From Octopus sinensis (Eukaryota), in NCBI RefSeq assembly GCF_006345805.1, contig NC_043007.1:44888001-44952000 (forward strand): DNA of 64,000 nucleotides. Reading direction: 5' to 3'. A program made the translations under genes and the position numbers. The notes below the pieces were generated by a model. It was not told the DNA's origin and did not search any database. It saw nothing but the letters and a program-made list of their open reading frames with translations. The first letter of the stretch is position 1, and every line of letters starts with the position of its first letter. This document shows positions 54,114 to 64,000 of the stretch, one piece after another.

Positions 54114-54267
54114 ATTTGTATTATAAATATATTGTTGTATTTATAAGCTTATCCTATTCATGTTGAAATATGAAGTTTCTATCAGACTTTTACTTTTTTT
54201 TAGCATTGTTTATTTCGTTTTGTTAGATAAATGTGTAAAATTTATCACCCTTATCCTTGTCACCTCT

Positions 54268-54318
54268 ATGACGACGACGACGACCACGATGACGACAATG
54301 ACGACGACGACGACGTCG

Positions 54319-54360
<42 letters not shown>

Positions 54361-54382
54361 ACCACCACAACACAACAACAAC
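54268..54382 (+). repeat. Compound trinucleotide tract GAC > GCC > ACC > ACA
   Basis: Seen directly, immediately upstream of a family B SINE head. Confidence 0.9.
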
Positions 54383-54385
54383 CAG

Positions 54386-54560
54386 TGGAGGTGCAATGGC
54401 CCAGTGGTTAGGGCAGCGGACTCGCGGTCGTAAGAACGTGGTTTCGATTCCCAGACCGGGTATTGTGAGTGTTTATTGAGCGAAAACACCTAAGTGCTAC
54501 GAGGCTCCGGCGGGGTGGGGGTGGGGTGAACCCCCCTGTACCCTTTCACCACAACTTTCT
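54386..54560 (+). mobile_element. tRNA-derived SINE family B (5' part)
   Basis: A and B boxes and body match 21137-21440. Confidence 0.85.
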
Positions 54561-54860
54561 CTCACTCTTTCTTCCTACTTCTGCCACAAAGCAGAGGAAC
54601 CATGGTGTAACCCACTATGGTGTGGTAAACTTTCAGCCCCTAATCTAGATTGTGAATCGTCTGTACCCCAGGATGGTTCAGCTCTCCACCCGTTAAAAGC
54701 CACAGTTTACGGAATGAGGATAACAACGTAGCTTTCGCGCCCGTGCAACTGCCCGTCTATCGCGTGTGATGGCTGGATCTTCAAGTTGCCACACGCATTC
54801 TTAGTAGCTTAGAGTAGGCTTAGAGATCATTCTTTGTGGCTAATGGCGTGAGTCCTGATT

Positions 54861-54958
54861 GGAAGAAGAGAAAAGAGGAGGAGGAGGAGAGAAGAAGAAG
54901 AAGAAGAGAAGAAGAAGAAGAAGAAGAAGAAGGGGAGAGAGGATGAGGAGAAGAAGAA

Positions 54959-54989
<31 letters not shown>

Positions 54990-55075
54990 AAGAAGAAGGA
55001 AAAGAAGAAGAAGAAGAAGAAGAAGAAGAAGAAGAAGAAGAAGAAGAAGAAGAAGAAGAAGAAGAGAAGAAGACG
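54861..55075 (+). repeat. (GAA)n-rich homopurine tract (~215 bp)
   Basis: Seen directly, about 850 nt upstream of the 55929 exon. Confidence 0.95.
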
Positions 55076-55928
55076 ACGACGACAACAACAACCCTCTAGT
55101 GTTCCTGCAACAACGATTGTAACCACTCTGGAATATTGTTACCACCGCCACTATAACAACTACTGCTAGTATCATCTTACTACTTACATTTCCATTGTCA
55201 TCATCTTCACGACCTGCACCTGAACTGCCGACGGCTAATTACATAGTGTAACAAAATTTTTTCTTTGTCTTTGGTCAATAAGTGCTGTTTTCTGTTTGCT
55301 TCTATCTAGAAATCAAAGGAAATGACTGCCATTCCTTTTAAACTTTGCTTTTGTGACCTGGACATTAGTGTTCTGAAACTGTCACTATTTTCCATTACAT
55401 TTCAGACAGATTCAGCGCCGAGTTGCTAAAGCAGAAATATCGTTATAGCAAATATTCTGTTCAATACTACAAATTTACTTCTCAGTTGCTTGACTTTAAC
55501 CACTTGACCATGGCCCTTACTAGCTGACAATATGTGCCCCTTTGATCATGACCAAGAGTAGTGGGCTGGGAGCATCATAACCATGTGCTGATAAGGGTTC
55601 TTTGGGGCTTGAATAAATGTTACAAAAGCAAAGTTTGAAGGAAATGTTAGCCATTTTTCATACATTCTAGGGGTAAGCAAATAGGAAATAACAGTTGCTA
55701 CCCAAGGACAAAAATTGTGTTACACAGTGTTATTAATATTCTTACTGTTATGACAACTACTTGTCACGTTCACCCTCATCATCATGATGATAAGCCTAAG
55801 ATTTTTGAGAAAAATCATGGTCCCTCTAAGAATTTAGCGCCACTATATCCCACCTCCAGGTTATTTGCCGCTTATGACAGTTTCAATTTGGCCGCTGTAT
55901 TTAAACAATTTTGTCTTTAATTTTTCAG

Positions 55929-56103
55929 AAAACACAGGTATGGACGTAGTTGACAATATTGTCGCTCAAATAGATAGCACACACATTACCAATGACTATG
56001 AGCACATGCAACAGAACCGAAAACCACGCTCATCTAGTATTACTTCAACATCCAACCAACCGGAAGTCCGTGCATGGCTTCAAAGAAATGGCTTCACATC
56101 TAA
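55929..56103 (+). CDS. EPS8: EPS8-like protein, internal exon (start of the C-terminal SAM-like domain)
   Basis: tttttcag acceptor and AA|gtaagt donor; phase 1 to phase 2. SITSTSNQPEVRAWLQRNGF parallels EPS8 ITYDSTPEDVKTWLQSKGF (recalled sequence). Confidence 0.85.
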
Positions 56104-56203
56104 GTAAGTTTGCGTTCTTTTTATTGATATAACAGCCGATCTTTCCAATATATATATGTATAAAATATGCTTACTTTGCTTATGATAACCGATACAAGAT
56201 AAA

Positions 56204-56317
<114 letters not shown>

Positions 56318-56458
56318 AATTATCTTAGATAACTGGGAAGAGGAAGCGCCAATATAGAAATAGACATCGGTACCGGAAGTAATTCTACATTGGTATATAG
56401 AATTCTTAATCTTAGAATTATTAGACATAAATTTAATTCCTTGGAGACCAAAACTATG

Positions 56459-56520
<62 letters not shown>

Positions 56521-56974
56521 GGAAGGGATGGTATTAACAAAATTAATGTTAGAACTCTCAGAAAATGAACTTTTGTGAAAGATTCTTTGTGTTAGAGAAG
56601 GCAACTCTAACTATATGAGAATCAATAATTGAATAATATCTAGAATTTTTTTGGAAAGTTCTTACCAACCGCTTCATGGAACTGCAAAGGAAGATTAGAT
56701 TTAATTTGCCTTCCATACGTAATAACAAACCAAATAGTTTTCCTAGTAACAGTCAAATTGTAAGTGGTACTATCTATAAAGAACGGTGAAATACCTCTAG
56801 AGTGAAAAAATGGGCTTAAATAACAGTTGCCTCTCTTACTCTGTAAAGGAATTTTATCATGTTTTGTGTTGTCAATATTAGAATTAAAATCACCCATCTT
56901 ATTACAACTAGAGAGACCTGCTTTATTGTGTGCATGCCAGAGTGCCTTATTGAGTATAATAGGGTTGATTGATG

Positions 56975-57964
56975 AATAAAAGCTAGGTTAGAACTGTTCA
57001 GAGATGGTTCCAAATCTCTCGTTCAGGAGATGATAGCCTTGAAGATAAACGAAGCGGTAGGCCAAAATTAGTTATTTGGCATGATGGATTAAATGCTTTG
57101 ATTGAACAAAATCCGAGAACAAAGCTTCGAAAACTTACATCCGAACTTCAAACATCACGCACAACTGTTTTTGGACACCTGTAAAAAGTGGGAAAAGTCA
57201 AGAAAACGGACAGGTTTGTTCCACATCAACTGAACGAGGTTCAAGAAAACAGACGCCTCGAAGTGTGCTCCTTATTGCTTTCTCGACTAGAAAAAGACCA
57301 TTTTTGTATCAAATAATTACTTGTGATGAGAAATGGATACTCTTTGACAACAGCAGGAGAACAGGACAGTGATTAGATGCAGGAGAGTCACCTAAACACT
57401 ACCCAGACACACCATTGCACCCTAAAAAGTTAGTGGTCATTGTATGGCGGTCTCCGAAGGGAGTTATTCATTATTGATTTTTTGCAACAAGGAAAAATTG
57501 TAACATCAGCATCGTATTGCCAGGAAATTGATTGTATGCATGAGAATCTGAAAAAGAAGCAACCAAAACTAGTGAATAGAAATGGCCCATTTTTGCTCCA
57601 CCACAATGCACAATTTCACACTCCTCAAACTATGGGCCAAAAGTTGCAGAGCCTGAATTATGAGATTTTGCAACAGCCTCCCTATTCCCCTGATCTCTCT
57701 CCTACTGATCATTATTTATTTAAGCATTTTAAGCTTTTCATAAGCAATAAAACATTCTTAGAGAAAAGGTAATTGAAGCATTCGGACATTATATTACAAG
57801 AAAAAGATGAATTTTTTAGAGATGGAATATATGACAGAGAAACATTGGGTTAATGTCATAAATGAGCATGGATCATACTTTGATTAAGTAAATCAGATCT
57901 CTAACAATTCTGAACCATTTTATTGTTACCTTTCAAATACGACATTTCATGTAAACTAATCTAA
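56975..57964 (+). mobile_element. 5'-truncated mariner transposase pseudogene
   Basis: RTVQRWF..RSGRP..FVPHQL..IITCDEKW..LHPKK..LLHHNA..PYSPDLSPTDHYLF with several stops and frameshifts. The right TIR-like end is cgacatttcatgtaaactaatctaa. Confidence 0.9.
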
Positions 57965-58049
57965 GATATATATCTATATACACATATATACATGTATATA
58001 TATATATACATACACACACACACGCGCATATATATATATATATATATAT

Positions 58050-58097
<48 letters not shown>

Positions 58098-59003
58098 GGA
58101 TAAAAACAGTTTGATTCAAATTCCTTGGTACTCTGAGTTTCAAGCATGTCGCAGGTCTTCGACCATTGGGTCTGATTGAGAGTTCGGTTGAAGAAAGTCA
58201 ATGTTTACTACTGGACGTTAGTCTGTGATTGGTCGAGAAAGGTCATGCGGTGTCGCAGTTTGATGTCGGTATTTCAGTGATAACAATTACTTGGAAAATA
58301 GCGCATGGTGACGTGTATATATATATATATATATATATGGTTCAGATATACAAAAGCCCAAAGACAGAAACGGGTGAGGGAACAACAAGCGAAGTGTATT
58401 AGTTTGACGCTCGGGAAAACTGGAAAAGTCTTCGATGTTTCGAGCTTACGCTTTTCGATTATATACATACATTACAGATAACCCTAATCTTGTGATTGAG
58501 GAATCGATATCTCCTTAGAGATTTAGACTTATTTCCATTGTGGTACCTTTCCAAATATATTTCAGAAGAATTCGCAGGCGTAAGATATCATTCTGAACAT
58601 ATACTTACACATCCATACACATTATGTATTTTACTGTATAAATTGAGGTGCATACTACAAACATCAATATAATTGCAACATCAAATGTAATTAGGTAATG
58701 AATGTAAACCATGATGCATAGAAACACAAATCATGAAACATATTTAAATATATATATAACTTTCACAGCCATAAGCTCTTAATTTTATTGTAATCATTAT
58801 TGTATGATATTGTTTCCAGAAGTAACATTGCTTTTGTGTACTCAGCTTTTGTACACTAAATATAGATACATATATATTTAGGCATGATAGATCAAGCGCA
58901 CATGTGTATAATGTGTCCTAAAAGAAATACTATACTTGCAGATAGTTCACGTAGTATTTAACGAAAATCATTAACATTAAATTAGCATTTTCTTTTGATA
59001 CAG

Positions 59004-59133
59004 AACCTGCAATATTCTCTGGAAATATGATGCCCGCGAGTTGTTCTCTTTAACAATGAATGAACTTGAGCAAATGCTTGGTTATGAGGAAGGTTACAAA
59101 CTTCAGTGTCACCTGGATGGTCACAAGCATAAG
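59004..59133 (+). CDS. EPS8: EPS8-like protein, SAM-like domain exon ending at a GC donor
   Basis: tttgatacag acceptor. It completes the AA|A codon and reads KTCNILWKYDARELFSLTMNELEQMLGYEEGYKLQCHLDGHKHK (cf. EPS8 GAQLFSLNKDEL...EGARVYSQI). Ends AAG|gcaagt. Confidence 0.85.
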
Positions 59134-59223
59134 GCAAGTATAAATATGTAATTCACTGAAGGGTGGAGACTTAGCGGAATACTAGTGCATGTATGTGTAC
59201 TTGTATCGATGTATCAAATGTTG

Positions 59224-59267
59224 ACAGTGATTTCGAAGTTTCGTTTTACTAGCCCGCATCAGACTGT
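59224..59267 (-). ncRNA. Decayed minimal hammerhead-like motif next to the Penelope fragment
   Basis: acagt-CTGATGC-g...c-GAAA-C-ttcgaa-A-TC-actgt. 5-bp stem I and palindromic loop III, with two defects (A9C, G16.2A) and a weak stem II. Confidence 0.45.
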
Positions 59268-59289
59268 GATTTTATTTGGTCTTTCAGAC

Positions 59290-59829
59290 TTTATATTAGT
59301 ATGTTAAGTATAACACGTCGAGCACACAGAAAACCCAGCAACACATACTTCCTTAAAATACCCCATTTTAGCGAGAGGATAACTACAGCCATCCAAAGAG
59401 CCATAAGAAGAGAAGGGTTAGACATACAACTAACCCACTCCGGCCCCTCTCCGATAAGACACCTAGCAAAGAAACGAGAAAGGGACAGCAATCAATGCAC
59501 ACTAGCTAACTGCCCCATCCGTGACACAGATTTATGCCAACGGGTAAAATGTTGTGTATAGAATACAATGTAACAAATGCAACAAGTTCTATGTGGATAG
59601 CACAACAAAACCGTTACACATTCGCATCAAAGAACATCTGAACTCGAGAGCCTCCTTCTTCAGAAAACATCTTGACAGATGTCGGAATACCGACAAAGGC
59701 ATAACAGTCACAATTGAGACCATTGATAAAAATTTGGGTAATCTAAGAATTAAGGAAGCTATCCCAATAGACAGACTAAGGCCTCAAATTAACAACAGGC
59801 TGGAGGTTGGCAATCAATATATTATTTAA
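59290..59829 (+). mobile_element. Penelope-like element 3' fragment (GIY-YIG endonuclease)
   Basis: With one +1 frameshift near 59548 it reads C..CP....LC..VNVVYRIQCNKCNKFYVDSTTKPLHIRIKEH...LRIKEAI.I..LRPQIN, the PLE GIY-YIG signature with G>D in the YIG motif. Confidence 0.9.
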
Positions 59830-59862
59830 CTACATCATTTTTGACAACATGCTCATGTATTA

Positions 59863-59903
<41 letters not shown>

Positions 59904-60243
59904 GTACGTATAATGCATAACTTAGAAACAGCGCTGCGGATGTCCCAACACACACTAGCTTGAGACATGGCCGCCCTCACGTATCTCTAATGAGGAATTC
60001 CGGAAGGAGTTTCGTGAGACCACTGCAGAGACGCTTCCGGAAAAAATTTCAGTAACCGTTGGAAAACCGATTATAGCAGTGATCGATCAATTCCTAGCGA
60101 TATTCCAAAATATTATTAATATATCAGACTATGGGAAATTAAATTATAGCGGTTATTATAGTCCACTCTGCATTGTTGTGCCATCCAAGATACGTTATAT
60201 TTTACAAACAATACACAATGCTTCAAGCGAACTACTATATTCT

Positions 60244-60318
<75 letters not shown>

Positions 60319-60750
60319 ATATATTGTATTGTATATATACCTTCTTATCTTTTATCTTTTGTCCTTTACCTGTTTCAGTTATTAGACTGCGGTCATGCTG
60401 GGGCACCGCCTTAAAGTTTTAGTCGAATGAATCAACCCCAGTATTTTTTCTATTAAGCTTGGTACTTATTCTATCGGTCTCTTTTGCCGAACCTACCGCT
60501 AAGTTACGGGGACGTAAACACACCAACAACAATTGTCAAGTGGTGATGGGGGTGGGGACAAACACAGACACACAAGCACACACACATACACAATGGGCTT
60601 CTTTCAGTACATTATCGACTGTATCTTCCCTTCTTTAGTACGATAATGTGAAATTAAGAGATTTGGTTCGTTATTTGTAGTAGTGTCTCCCTGATTGGTT
60701 CACCACTTTCTGCTTTTAACTCTGTTATGTCTTTGGTTATGTTTTTACAG

Positions 60751-60819
60751 AAGAAACTGGGGTATGCTAATGAATTGGAAGCTGTTCTACGATTCCGCAG
60801 GGGACCACCGGAAAAGTAG
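60751..60819 (+). CDS. EPS8: EPS8-like protein, last coding exon (KKLGYANELEAVLRFRRGPPEK*)
   Basis: gtttttacag acceptor, phase 0 after the GC donor. ELEAVLRFRR parallels EPS8 ELQEIMRRRQ. TAG at 60817-60819. Confidence 0.75.
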   Translation, partial: KKLGYANELEAVLRFRRGPPEK

Positions 60820-60827
60820 ATAGGAGT

Positions 60828-60936
<109 letters not shown>

Positions 60937-61515
60937 GCGAATTTAGACACGCTTTCACACACAAATAGTTGTACAAGCAAAAGAACACTGAACGAATCTC
61001 GTAGAGTTTAAATGTTGGATATATAATGTAACAATCGACGTTTCAATCGAACCATGTACATTATGCTTCCATTGGATTTTCAAATTGCTGACACTATGTG
61101 TCAGTTGCAACTCTTGACAGAAATATTATCCTTTTTCGTTGACGGGGTGGAATTTGAACTGGGAACGCACAGAGTGAAAAAGAATACCGCATGGCATCCT
61201 ACCGATGTTCGAACAGTTCTATTAGTTCACCGCTCTGAACCCACAAAAAACATTAAGTTGACCACGCGGGATTTGAGTACAGAGCGAAGTTCGGAAGAAA
61301 TACAGCAAGGCATTCCTTTCAATGCTCAACTGACCTCGACAATTTGCCCCTCCTCTATGTATGGGCTCACGTGTTAGGTATCGAAGTGATTGAGGAGCAA
61401 CGTGAGATGAAGTATTTTGCTCAAGAGCATAACGCACTATCCGGTCTTGGAATTGAAATCATGATCTAGCGAATGTGAGTGCAACACCCCAACCACTAAG
61501 TCATGCCCTCTCATG

Positions 61516-61583
<68 letters not shown>

Positions 61584-61685
61584 TATATATATATGTGTGT
61601 GTGTATATATAAATATAAATTAGAGATAAAACCACTATCATGCAACTCAAACAGTGATAGACATAGATAACAAACATATATTTTT

Positions 61686-61772
61686 ATAACTAGATCTCAA
61701 AAAGTATAAAAATGAATGATCAATTTATTATATATTGATCATTCAATTTTATACTTTTTGAGATCTAGTTAT
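61686..61772. repeat. 39-bp-arm hairpin (1 mismatch, 9-nt loop) within a larger ~190-nt imperfect palindrome
   Basis: Arms 61686-61724 and 61734-61772. Outer imperfect pairing extends to about 61650 and 61835. Confidence 0.95.
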
Positions 61773-62003
61773 ATGTTTTATAAAAATATATAATATTTGT
61801 TATTTATGTTTTGGTTTACGTCTATCGCTATATTGTGAAATTTGATTTAATATTGAATTGAAATTTTCCCTGTAAGTTTGGAGTTATACTCCCTAATATC
61901 ATTAATATATATAGGGAGAGTTTACGAAAAAAACAAAAGACGAAGACAGGTGGTGTACAAAACAAATAGGTGTATTAGTATAACGCTCAGGAATAGAAGA
62001 AGT

Positions 62004-62039
62004 CTTTTATGTTTCGAGCCGACGCTCTTCTACAGAAAG
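62004..62039 (-). ncRNA. Decayed minimal hammerhead-like motif
   Basis: cttt-CTGTAGA-a-gagc-gtcg-gctc-GAAA-c-a-T-A-aaag. Perfect 4-bp stems I and II, with A6U and G16.2A defects. A truncated relative lies at about 58425-58460. Confidence 0.5.
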
Positions 62040-62102
62040 TGACACAGAAAAACCAAGGAGAGAGAAAATGTGTGTAGTGGCTAACGACCTATCATGGCAT
62101 AT

Positions 62103-62189
<87 letters not shown>

Positions 62190-62225
62190 GCAATTACGCA
62201 GATAAACGGATTAGATATATTAAAT

Positions 62226-63080
62226 ACTAGCAGAGATACTCGGTGTTGGTCGGGATTTAAATGGCATAGTTTCTATATATGGTACAGTTCAGTTGAAACG
62301 TGATACGGGGAAGTGCACCATTGACGACAAAATATTTGTGGAGTAAATGAAGGGCTAATGCGACAAAGTGACGTGTCATGCGGCTGTTTGAAAGATTGCA
62401 GACCCTAACCTTGTCATGGAAAAGTGGATGGGAGTATGTAATTTTCGAACACAACAAAAAGCTCTCGGTGGATATACTTTGCGGCTGCCGGCGCTGCCGC
62501 TGCCGCTACCATGATGAATAATCAACAGACATGGGAACTACATCTATGTGATAAATTAAGCCCGTGGGCGCGCTCAACAACACTACAGAAGAGAAATATA
62601 CATGAAAGAAATTACATGATAAGGTGGGGATTGGCAAGGAAGCGCTTGAAAACAATATTGTCAAGCGATATTTCGGCTTGGAATCAATAGTCGTGGCTCA
62701 ACCGTGCATTCCGCGTAAATAGCGTGTGACCAATGTGAGGACAACTCAGTTCCCACACGAAAACAATTCTGCATGCAGCATCGGGGTACACAATGTTACA
62801 TTAAGGACACGGTCTCTAACAAACGTGGTTGGGTCACGTGACTTTGGGTTCTGACGTGTTTGGGAATCAATAGTCGTGGGTCAACCGTGCACTCCTTCGG
62901 GTAAGCAGCGTGCGACCATTGTGAGGACAACTCAGCTCCCAAACGAAAACAATTCTGCCGCAGCGTCCGGGCACGCAAGGTCAAATTAAAGACAGTTTCT
63001 AACTAACGTGGTTGGGTCTTAGGCAGCATAAATTAGTAGGTTAATGTACATGCGATATTTCGATTTGTAATCAATAGCTG
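62226..63080 (+). mobile_element. Helitron-like non-autonomous element with internal ~183-bp tandem duplication
   Basis: Starts actagcagagatactcggtgttggtcggg next to (TA)n, resembling Helitron-like 5' ends with an imperfect hairpin. Repeat units start at about 62681 and 62864, with a partial third at 63068. Confidence 0.5.
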
Positions 63081-63553
63081 AAGAATATTTGTATGGGCTT
63101 CGTCTATGCTTAGAAGGAAGACTTTCATACTGAAGCTAAAAGAAAATAATTGAATAGTTGCTTAGGATTTAACATATTTTAACATATTTTTCATAATAAA
63201 CATAGTGCGTACCAAACAGTTTTTATTCCAACAAATTGATACACATGGTACCACAGCAACAAACTATTATTGCTACCACTTAGACAACGCAGTTTGAAGT
63301 TTACATCGGTTCATCCATTTAATACAACTTACTTATATCGTTTCAGTAACTGTTTTTTTCCAGTTTGAACAGAAGCAATGCGTGGACCATGCGGGCATCG
63401 TATGTACCCTAGGAAAGTGGGGTTTTCAGCCCTCAGGGGCCCCATTACTCATTATGTGAAAAATTTGAAGAATCTAAAACCATCTCTAGAACATAAGTAA
63501 TGTATGTTCTCAGTTTGGAGAACATCAGTTGCGAACTTCAGAAGTTCTGCAAG

Positions 63554-63607
<54 letters not shown>

Positions 63608-63638
63608 TACATACACACACACACTCACAGATACTCAG

Positions 63639-63694
<56 letters not shown>

Positions 63695-63878
63695 GTATGG
63701 GCATGAAATACAAAATATGTATATATGTAGAGATGCAAAACGAGAGAAAGCAAAAAGTGGAGACTTTCAGATGTCGAATATTTAAGTATAAATAAATAGA
63801 TATTTATATTAATAGATCTAACTTACACATAGTACAAACGACAGAGAAAATGAAACGGGTGGAAGAAAGGCGTTATAA

Positions 63879-64000
63879 GTCTAACAGCTGTTTCTGAGGG
63901 CTCGGAGTTCCATCATAATGTTGGCAGATGTAGTTAATCACAATATGCGGCTGCAATGGAAACAATCACCATTAGATAAGATGAGCCTTCGTCATCAGGG
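63879..64000 (-). ncRNA. Hammerhead-like motif with long loop II (Penelope-type), cut by the window edge
   Basis: CTGATGA (63998-63992), 7/8-bp stem II, ~79-nt loop, then GAAA-C-agct-G-T-T with a fully palindromic stem III. Stem I is not confirmed. Confidence 0.4.

Noticed and set aside
59970-60075. Sense-strand hammerhead (ctaatgagg...ttccggaag/cttccggaa...gaaaacc)
   Set aside because: The core is mutated and stems I and III cannot be assigned. Probably PLE-derived but not supportable.

Overview
AT-rich, microsatellite-dense eukaryotic genomic DNA with no prokaryotic or CRISPR features. The SINE families and overall texture suggest an octopus genome (inference). The only recognisable host gene is the 3' end of an EPS8-like gene on the + strand. 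Three exons (55929-56103, 59004-59133, 60751-60819) encode the C-terminal SAM-like effector domain and are joined through a GC-AG intron. A phase-compatible upstream exon may lie at 9306-9366, about 46.6 kb away. The rest is intronic or intergenic and packed with mobile elements: a young Tx1/L1-clade LINE inside an (ATCT)n microsatellite, two RTE LINE fragments (one with three tandem C2H2 finger relics), two CRE-like restriction-endonuclease LINE relics, a Penelope GIY-YIG fragment, several mariner, hAT and piggyBac derivatives, Helitron-like pieces and many SINEs. The most notable observations are the microsatellite-embedded Tx1 element, a tRNA-headed SINE-like element carrying a minimal hammerhead ribozyme (plus three more hammerhead-like motifs), a sharp CpG-density step near 28-29 kb with candidate antisense exons, several long fold-back repeats, and a decayed U6 fragment. 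All alignments, folds and counts were done by eye; no database searches were run.
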